Source: Candidatus Lloydbacteria bacterium
GTDB taxonomy: Bacteria > Patescibacteriota > Minisyncoccia > Phycocordibacterales > UBA6899
Assembly: GCA_043719805.1 (NCBI GenBank)
Contig: JAYSTI010000054.1
Span: forward strand, 1-52,294
Direction of reading: 5' to 3'
Length of the DNA: 52,294 nt
The notes under the pieces are model-generated. The model worked only from the letters and a program-made list of their open reading frames with translations. It ran no database searches and had not been told where the DNA came from. A program made the position numbers and the translations under genes. Shown piece by piece: positions 46,176-52,294 of this stretch; the first letter of the stretch is position 1; each line of letters opens with the position of its first letter.

Positions 46176-47219
46176 ATGAAAGGTAACGAAGAAATGAGAA
46201 AATATCTGGACGACATTATTCATCTGAAAAATCCGGTAGAGAATTGGTATGTGCCTGAGCTGTTTGAAAAATTTACGATGAGCGGACTACCGCCTGAACT
46301 CACACTCGTCACTCTACCCCCGCACGAGGAAGAGAATTACAATTATTACATTTATGCGCTCGGATTGAACAACGACCCAAGATTCATTGGGAATGCAAAC
46401 TGGGATTTTATGAGATCATTGCATACTGATTTTGATGCGATGATAGAAAAAGGAATTTTGAAACAAATCAAGAAACCAGAAAAAGGCTGCTTGGTCATCT
46501 GGCGCATTGAAGAAAACGCCATTACCCACGTCGGACTCATGGAGGATGGAGATGTCGTAATCTCAAAGTGGTCATGGGGCCCTTTATTCCGGCATCACAT
46601 CTACGATGTCCCCGCTTCATACGGCGACAACGCGGAGTTTTATGTCGGACTTCCTAAGGCGAGAGAATATATAATAGTGCAAAGAGATAAAGAGCACTTT
46701 GTTTTGCGAGACGGTGATATTTCTCCTAATCTAAAAATATCTACTGAAGTTAAATACGATGATCGCCTCGCGGTAAAGGTGATTCTTTTTGACAAGGACG
46801 GCATGCTCGCATTGGTGGGTACGAAGCACCGACTGTTGCCCGGTGGAGGCGTGAACCCTCACGAGGGAGACGACGATGCGGCAAAGCGGGAAATACGAGA
46901 AGAAGTAGGATGTGAAATAAAAATAATTTGCGAGGTCTCAAAGACCGAAGAGTGGAGGGCAAAGATCGGCCGACACCAGATCACTCGCTTTCTCATTGCC
47001 CACGTTGTTGGCGAGAAGGGTGCGCCCGAAACATCACAAGACGATGAACAAGGAATTGTCGTTGAATGGCACACACTCCCCGATGCTGTCGCGCTTTTGG
47101 AAAAACAGAAAAATGAAATACCCTTCGATGACTACAACGCCTGCTTCAACGTCCGAACGCACCTTGCTGCACTAAATGACTTATTTAACTCGGGTCTTGT
47201 CGCCTCGTACACTGATTAG
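46176..47219 (+). CDS. Two-domain protein: unknown N-domain fused to a Nudix hydrolase
   Basis: Nudix box GGGVNPHEGDDDAAKREIREEVG; N-domain THVG...VISKW..GPLFRH...VPASYG. Confidence 0.8.
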   Translation: MKGNEEMRKYLDDIIHLKNPVENWYVPELFEKFTMSGLPPELTLVTLPPHEEENYNYYIYALGLNNDPRFIGNANWDFMRSLHTDFDAMIEKGILKQIKKPEKGCLVIWRIEENAITHVGLMEDGDVVISKWSWGPLFRHHIYDVPASYGDNAEFYVGLPKAREYIIVQRDKEHFVLRDGDISPNLKISTEVKYDDRLAVKVILFDKDGMLALVGTKHRLLPGGGVNPHEGDDDAAKREIREEVGCEIKIICEVSKTEEWRAKIGRHQITRFLIAHVVGEKGAPETSQDDEQGIVVEWHTLPDAVALLEKQKNEIPFDDYNACFNVRTHLAALNDLFNSGLVASYTD

Positions 47220-47307
47220 TTGCCCCATGCGACCATTAGGGTAAAGTTATTTTGTTTACAGATGTGGATATTTGATAATTATTCGCTAAGAGCTATACTC
47301 ATGCCAT

Positions 47308-48090
47308 ATGAACAAAGAAGGAACAATGATTAATGCAGAGTCGCCGATGTTGCGCACGGAGGCCTTCGCACTTTCACGCAAGGCGGTAACCACACGAGCC
47401 GGGGTGAACAATGAGGGAGAGAATATGTTGCCCGGCACACTCGTAGAACGTTCAAAAATTATCGGCGATTTAAGCCATGCAATCGACGAGTGGGTAATGA
47501 AGAATATGCAAGAGGGGGATATTTTTAACCAAGAGCGCTTGGGTCAAATAGTGCACGGCATCGGTGAGTCCCACAAGGAATTGCTGGATCGTCTTGTTGC
47601 TGAGTCAAACAACCGCACATCGTATGTGGGTCGTCCTAATATAAAGATTTATGATGGTGTTGAAGGGATTTTGCCGGACATCTGGTTACTTGGGTGGAGA
47701 GAAGATGCAACCACACTTGAAGCGACAGATATCCATGATCACGTTGATTCGCAGGCTGCATTTCATGTGTACCAAGGCTGCGTTGATGAAATTATCTATA
47801 CTTTTGATCAGGACAAGTGGCACGAGGGTGGAACAGACCTTCCGTGTCAAAAAACCTCGCGCGGACTGCGCCGAGGCTCTACTGCGACAATTCCCGCACC
47901 GTATGTGCACATCGTAAAAGATGCTCGCGATTTTCAGCCCTCGGTGACTGTTCACGCGTACTACCCACCACTCGATCAGATGAATTTTTATGAAGAAAAA
48001 AATGGGGTGCTTGTGCCCAGGGGGGGCTGGGACGAGAAAGCTGAACAAACACATCATTGCGGGTCTCATTGCCACACAGAGGAAAAGTAG
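47308..48090 (+). CDS. Cysteine dioxygenase-like cupin
   Basis: LLGW...TDIHDH..S.AAFHVYQG.VDE, YVHIV, SVTVHAYYPPL. Confidence 0.78.
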   Translation: MNKEGTMINAESPMLRTEAFALSRKAVTTRAGVNNEGENMLPGTLVERSKIIGDLSHAIDEWVMKNMQEGDIFNQERLGQIVHGIGESHKELLDRLVAESNNRTSYVGRPNIKIYDGVEGILPDIWLLGWREDATTLEATDIHDHVDSQAAFHVYQGCVDEIIYTFDQDKWHEGGTDLPCQKTSRGLRRGSTATIPAPYVHIVKDARDFQPSVTVHAYYPPLDQMNFYEEKNGVLVPRGGWDEKAEQTHHCGSHCHTEEK

Positions 48091-48103
48091 TCTGTCGACA
48101 CGT

Positions 48104-48131
48104 AAAAAACACCGCAGGTGCGGTGTTTTTT
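48104..48131. terminator. Bidirectional intrinsic terminator
   Basis: AAAAAACACCGCA-gg-TGCGGTGTTTTTT between convergent genes. Confidence 0.8.
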
Positions 48132-48138
48132 GTTTGTC

Positions 48139-50295
48139 CTATTCTGTCGATGGTTTTGGTGTCGGTGTGAATTTTTGTACCGGCGGTGCATCTTTCTGTG
48201 TGAAGAAATTGGCATCTGCACGTTTGATAGAAAGATTGATGCGGCCCTTGTCGTCAACTTCTTTCACGACGACCGGTACCTCCATCCCTTCCTTCACATA
48301 ATCCCCCACCTTCTCGATGCGGAACGAGGCGAGCTCCGAGACGTGTACAAGTCCTTCTGCGCTGTGTCCAATCTTCACAAACGCACCGAAGTCCATCAGT
48401 CGCGTGACGACACCCTTGAACATTTCTCCTGCGATATATTCGTGGGTCATTTCGGCGATGATGTCGCGGGCCTTTTCCGCCGCTCCGTTCTTGCCGGTGC
48501 AGAATACGGTCCCATCATCTTCGATATCAATCTCCGCTCCCGTCTGTTCACGAATTTCGTTGACCGTCTTCCCGCCTGACCCGATGACCATGCCGATTTG
48601 GTCAGGCTTGATCTTGATGACTACAATCTTCGGTGCGTATGGTGAGATGTCGGCGCGAGGTGCTGCGATCGCCGCTTTCATTGTTTCAAGAATTGTCAGA
48701 CGTGCTGCCTTTGCTTTTGCGAATGCTTCCTTGAGAATCGGGAGTGGAATTCCTCCGACCTTCACGTCCATCTGAATTGCCGTTACTCCGTTCTTTGTTC
48801 CCGCAACCTTGAAGTCCATGTCTCCATGGTGGTCTTCCGGTCCTTGGATATCTGTGAGCACTTTGTATTTTGTCGCCGATTCCATCATGAGGCCTGACGC
48901 GATGCCGGCAACAGGTGTCGTGATGGGTACACCGGCGTCCATGAGCGCGAGGGTAGAGCCGCAGACAGATGCCATTGAGGTAGAGCCGTTCGAAGCCATT
49001 GATTCGGAAACGATGCGGATGGTGTATGGGAATGCTTCCTTCTCCGGGAGCACAGGAAGAAGTGCCTTCTCGGCGAGTGCACCGTGTCCAATTGCGCGTC
49101 GATTCATTCCGCCCATGCGACCCGTTTCACCGGACGAGAACGGAGGAAAGTTGTAGTGATGCATGTAACGTTTTTTGCCGGACACCTCCATGCTCTCAAG
49201 AATTTGCGAATCCTGCGGTCCACCAAGCGTGAGTGCTGAGAGCACATGCGTACCTCCACGGTAAAAGATGCCTGTTCCGTGAAGAACGGGTGAGATTCCT
49301 CCTGCCTGCGCGAAGAGGGGTCGGACATCGTCAAACCCGCGCCCATCCGGGCGCTTGTTCTCGTTGATGGCTTTGGAGTGAAGAAGGTCGTTTACCTGGT
49401 CGTCGAAGTATTGTTCAGCAAGCTTGTCGCTCATTCCTTCAACCTCTTTTACGTAGCCGAGCCATTCTTCCATTAGCGCATATTCGCTTGCGCGTCCCGC
49501 TAATCCCCAGATTGTCGACTCAAACTTTTGTGCTATTTTTTCTGTGAACAATGCCTTGATATCGTCACCGACGTCATCAAGTACGATGACGCGTTTTGCT
49601 TTTCCGCGCTTTGCGACAATCTCCTTCTGGAACGTTTGAAGTTTCTCGATCTCCTTGCTCGCATATGCAAGTCCTTCCATGATGTCGTCTTCAGGAATTT
49701 CTTTTCCTCCCATCTCGATCATGTTCACGTTGCCGTCTTTTCCGCATACGATAAGTTCACAGTCCCCCTCAATAGTCTCAGTGCCTTCGTCGGCGCGATA
49801 CGTTGGAAGTGTGACCCACGTACCGTTTTGTCTTGAAACGCGCATCGCAGATACCGGTCCGTCGAAAGGAATGTCGGAAACGGCGAGCGCGAGCGACGCG
49901 CCATTCACCGCAAGAATATCCGGCTCATCTTTGTCTATCGCGAGTACGGTGATGACGACTTGCACATCATAGCGGATACGTCCATCAAAAAGCGGGCGAA
50001 TCGTACGGTCGATGATGCGGCCCGAGAGTACTGCAGAATCCGAGGGGCGGCCTTCGCGGCGCATGAAGCGGCTCCCGAGAATTTGCCCCGACGCATAGAA
50101 GCGCTCCTCGAAATCTACCGTGAGCGGAAAGAAATCACCCCCTTCACGCTTTCTGTTGGACATGATCGTTGTCGCAAGGATGACCGTGTTGCCGTAGCGC
50201 AACATCACCGAGCCATGTGCCTGATCTGCAAGGTCATTGAATTCAGCAATAAGTTTCTTGCCGCCAATCTCAATCTCGTAAGATTCTTTTTTCAT
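48139..50295 (-). CDS. pnp: Polyribonucleotide nucleotidyltransferase (PNPase)
   Basis: DFFPLTVDFEER, RREGRPS, HHYNFPPFS.GE, SNGSTSMASVC, GDMDFKVAGT, KH and S1 domains. Confidence 0.98.
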   Translation of the reverse strand: MKKESYEIEIGGKKLIAEFNDLADQAHGSVMLRYGNTVILATTIMSNRKREGGDFFPLTVDFEERFYASGQILGSRFMRREGRPSDSAVLSGRIIDRTIRPLFDGRIRYDVQVVITVLAIDKDEPDILAVNGASLALAVSDIPFDGPVSAMRVSRQNGTWVTLPTYRADEGTETIEGDCELIVCGKDGNVNMIEMGGKEIPEDDIMEGLAYASKEIEKLQTFQKEIVAKRGKAKRVIVLDDVGDDIKALFTEKIAQKFESTIWGLAGRASEYALMEEWLGYVKEVEGMSDKLAEQYFDDQVNDLLHSKAINENKRPDGRGFDDVRPLFAQAGGISPVLHGTGIFYRGGTHVLSALTLGGPQDSQILESMEVSGKKRYMHHYNFPPFSSGETGRMGGMNRRAIGHGALAEKALLPVLPEKEAFPYTIRIVSESMASNGSTSMASVCGSTLALMDAGVPITTPVAGIASGLMMESATKYKVLTDIQGPEDHHGDMDFKVAGTKNGVTAIQMDVKVGGIPLPILKEAFAKAKAARLTILETMKAAIAAPRADISPYAPKIVVIKIKPDQIGMVIGSGGKTVNEIREQTGAEIDIEDDGTVFCTGKNGAAEKARDIIAEMTHEYIAGEMFKGVVTRLMDFGAFVKIGHSAEGLVHVSELASFRIEKVGDYVKEGMEVPVVVKEVDDKGRINLSIKRADANFFTQKDAPPVQKFTPTPKPSTE

Positions 50296-50440
50296 AACAT
50301 GAAATTATGTTGCGGTATCCAGATTCTCAAATTGAACCGTAAGTTCAACTGGATGATCCGGATGCCACTGCTATTAATAGGGTTACTCTATCAAAATGGC
50401 ACAAAATGAAAAGGGCTGCCATGCGCAGCCCAATCGTGGG

Positions 50441-50638
50441 TTAAGGAGCAACGCGCATGGAGATGGTAGCGTTGGTGACAATGCTCACGTCGAGCTTGTC
50501 TCGTGGCACGCCTGGAAATTTGGAACAGAGCTCCTTGATGCCCGCCAGCAGGTCCTCCGCGGTGAGTTCTCTGGTTTGGACGAGAAGTAGCGTGTTTATG
50601 TTGCGCTTCACAACATAGGGTTTCTTGGGTTTTGCCAT
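50441..50638 (-). CDS. Hypothetical protein (65 aa)
   Basis: GGAGG SD 5 nt before ATG. Confidence 0.5.
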   Translation of the reverse strand: MAKPKKPYVVKRNINTLLLVQTRELTAEDLLAGIKELCSKFPGVPRDKLDVSIVTNATISMRVAP

Positions 50639-50741
50639 TCATCCTCCGTTGGTGAAATTCATCCAGGCGTGATGGTACACCATCTTGAAGAAGGTAGCAA
50701 AATTGTGCAAAAAACAAAGGCCCCGCATTGGGGCCATATTG

Positions 50742-50969
50742 TCACTCACCAGTTCGCGCGAGAAAGTCGTCCGGGTCATTGTCCCACCTGGGCACAAAGA
50801 CCCAAAGCAGAATGTATACGGTGATAGGAAAGCCGACACCGAGGGCGTTGATGAGCACCCAAAGCAGCCGGACTACCCAGGTCGGTATGCCTAAGTTATA
50901 TGCAATACCCGCACATACGCCACCCAGCCATGCGTGCTCATGTGCAAGTCGCAAACTTGTATTCCTCAT
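50742..50969 (-). CDS. pspC: PspC domain membrane protein
   Basis: LGGVCAGIAYNLGIPTWVVRL...YILLWVFVP; GAGGAG SD. Confidence 0.88.
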   Translation of the reverse strand: MRNTSLRLAHEHAWLGGVCAGIAYNLGIPTWVVRLLWVLINALGVGFPITVYILLWVFVPRWDNDPDDFLARTGE

Positions 50970-51031
50970 TAATGCTCCTCAAAATATTCTCTCCCGTAAG
51001 CCTAATCGCTTGTGGGAAATTGTCAATCTAC

Positions 51032-51634
51032 CTAAAGCGATACTGCGCGTCGTGGGCGTGGATTTTCGCCGCCGTCTCTGCCTCCCCGTCCGTTGCTGCG
51101 CGGAGCACTTCTTCGCTTGTCTTTGAATCCCATGAGATATGCACTGGGGTCGTCGGAGAGATCAAAAAAGTCGTCGGCTGCTTCTCGAAGCTTTGATGAC
51201 GCGGACTTGCCGAAGGCGATGACCTCGACCTGGATACCCATGTTTATTTGGAGATATTTCACGAGCGGCTCAAAGTCGCCGTCACCCGATGCGATAATGA
51301 TGGAGTCGAGTTTTGGTGCGAGCGTGATTGCGTCGACGGCAAGGCCGACATCCCAGTCTCCTTTTTTTGCACCACCCCAGAATTCCTGAAGTTCTTTCGA
51401 ACGTGTTTCGATGCCGATCTTCGCAAGCGCATCAAAAAATCCCTGCTCCTCGCCGGATTTTGTCGAGATGACATACGCCATGGCACGAATGAGTTTTCGG
51501 CCGGCAACTGCATCGACTAAGATATTATTAAAGTTCACTCGCGCATCATCGTAGAGATTTTTTGCGCTGTGATAAAGATTCTGCGTATCGATAAAGACGC
51601 CGACGCGTTGGTCCTTGTGTTTTGTGACTGACAT
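51032..51634 (-). CDS. NYN (LabA/DUF88, PIN-like) domain protein
   Basis: VFIDTQNLYHSA, KGDWDVGLAVDA, SGDGDF.PLV, LREAADDF; start MSVTKH. Confidence 0.92.
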   Translation of the reverse strand: MSVTKHKDQRVGVFIDTQNLYHSAKNLYDDARVNFNNILVDAVAGRKLIRAMAYVISTKSGEEQGFFDALAKIGIETRSKELQEFWGGAKKGDWDVGLAVDAITLAPKLDSIIIASGDGDFEPLVKYLQINMGIQVEVIAFGKSASSKLREAADDFFDLSDDPSAYLMGFKDKRRSAPRSNGRGGRDGGENPRPRRAVSL

Positions 51635-51642
51635 AAAAGTAT

Positions 51643-51770
51643 GCAATCATCCAATTTTGGCGAACTTCTTTGCTGGCTTCAATGATCGGTCCGGAGGACA
51701 TACTCAAAGTATGCCTTCTCGGACACGCTCATTTCGTCGTCTCGAATTTCATCCAAAATTTGCCGATTGC
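51643..51770 (-). repeat. Family A element, copy A5
   Basis: Minus strand GCAATCGGCAAATTTT-GGATGAAATTCG...GTCCGAGAAGG-CATAC tttga GTATG-TCCTCCGGACC...CAGCAAAGAAGTTCGCC-AAAATTGGATGATTGC. Confidence 0.78.
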
Positions 51771-51851
51771 TGAGATTAAAAAATAAAAACGTTAATATAA
51801 ATGCAAACCGTATTAAAATCGCGTGACGATGTCACGGTGAAACTTGGGCGT

Positions 51852-51890
51852 TAAACTAATAATGCACCACATGTGTGCATTATTAGTTTA
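51852..51890 (-). terminator. Terminator-like hairpin at the rpsO stop
   Basis: TAAACTAATAATGCAC...GTGCATTATTAGTTTA. Confidence 0.6.
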
Positions 51891-52151
51891 CTTTATACCC
51901 AATTTTTTGACGAGGGAGTTGTATTTTGTCTCGCTCTTCTTCTTCAAATACTTGAGGTGGGCACGGCGATCAGAAACCATTTTGAGCAAACCGCGGCGCG
52001 AATGATGGTCTTTCTTGTTTTCCTTCAAGTGCGCTGCAAGCTCGTTGATCTTCTGACTCAAAATTGCGACCTGAACCTCCGGGGATCCGGTGTCCGTATC
52101 GTGACGCTGAGTTTTGGCCATTACGACCTGCTTTTTCTTTGCTGTTAACAT
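51888..52151 (-). CDS. rpsO: 30S ribosomal protein S15
   Basis: [12 protein letters not shown]...[24 protein letters not shown]; start MLTAKKK. Confidence 0.97.
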   Translation of the reverse strand: MLTAKKKQVVMAKTQRHDTDTGSPEVQVAILSQKINELAAHLKENKKDHHSRRGLLKMVSDRRAHLKYLKKKSETKYNSLVKKLGIK

Positions 52152-52294
52152 GGGTGATATCCTAGCACGAAAGAAAAAAAACCGCAACCCACAGGGGCCC
52201 GAGTTCAACAATCAATTGCAACACCTGTACTAGAATTCAGTTGTTATGCGAAAAATCAAAAAAGGCGCCACGAATCGACATTTTAGTCAGCTCA

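Noticed and set aside
43076-48090. Prophage or IS call for the accessory region
   Set aside because: No integrase, transposase, terminase, capsid genes or flanking direct repeats recognised.
194-51770. Family A/B elements as integron attC sites or CRISPR repeats
   Set aside because: No RYYYAAC/GTTRRRY ends, no integrase, no regular repeat-spacer array or cas genes; copies sit between core genes.
14533-52151. Many genes (T4SS cluster, pcrA, pnp, rpsO) pointing toward the origin
   Set aside because: Cannot be judged without genome-wide skew and orientation statistics.

Overview
Chromosomal replication-origin region of a small-genome bacterium, most likely Patescibacteria/CPR (Parcubacteria-like). 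This is inferred from gene content and order, a short YebC, an origin-proximal PrgI/VirB4/VirB6/pilin cluster and the near absence of Shine-Dalgarno sites on core genes; stop-codon use fits code 11. Core content: ruvB, yebC, ruvC, tyrS, a class A PBP, a DciA-like gene, dnaN, dnaA with DnaA-box clusters on both sides, rpmH-rnpA-yidD-yidC-jag, a ~13 kb conjugation-like T4SS/pilin cluster with surface proteins, rsmA, pcrA, a LysM-M23 peptidase, comM, a DksA/TraR protein, a TrmB regulator, pnp, a NYN protein and rpsO. The least-explained signals are non-coding: (i) a canonical type III hammerhead ribozyme (44306-44356) inside a ~2.7 kb island of tiny SD-led ORFs, structured intergenic RNAs and an ArfA-like basic peptide; (ii) six to seven dispersed copies of a 125-190 bp structured element with a shared core but copy-specific outer inverted arms; (iii) a second element type sitting exactly 9 bp from a perfect DnaA box; (iv) pervasive apparently leaderless core genes. 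No tRNA, rRNA, CRISPR array, integrase or transposase was recognised. All calls are by eye; no searches or folding programs were run.
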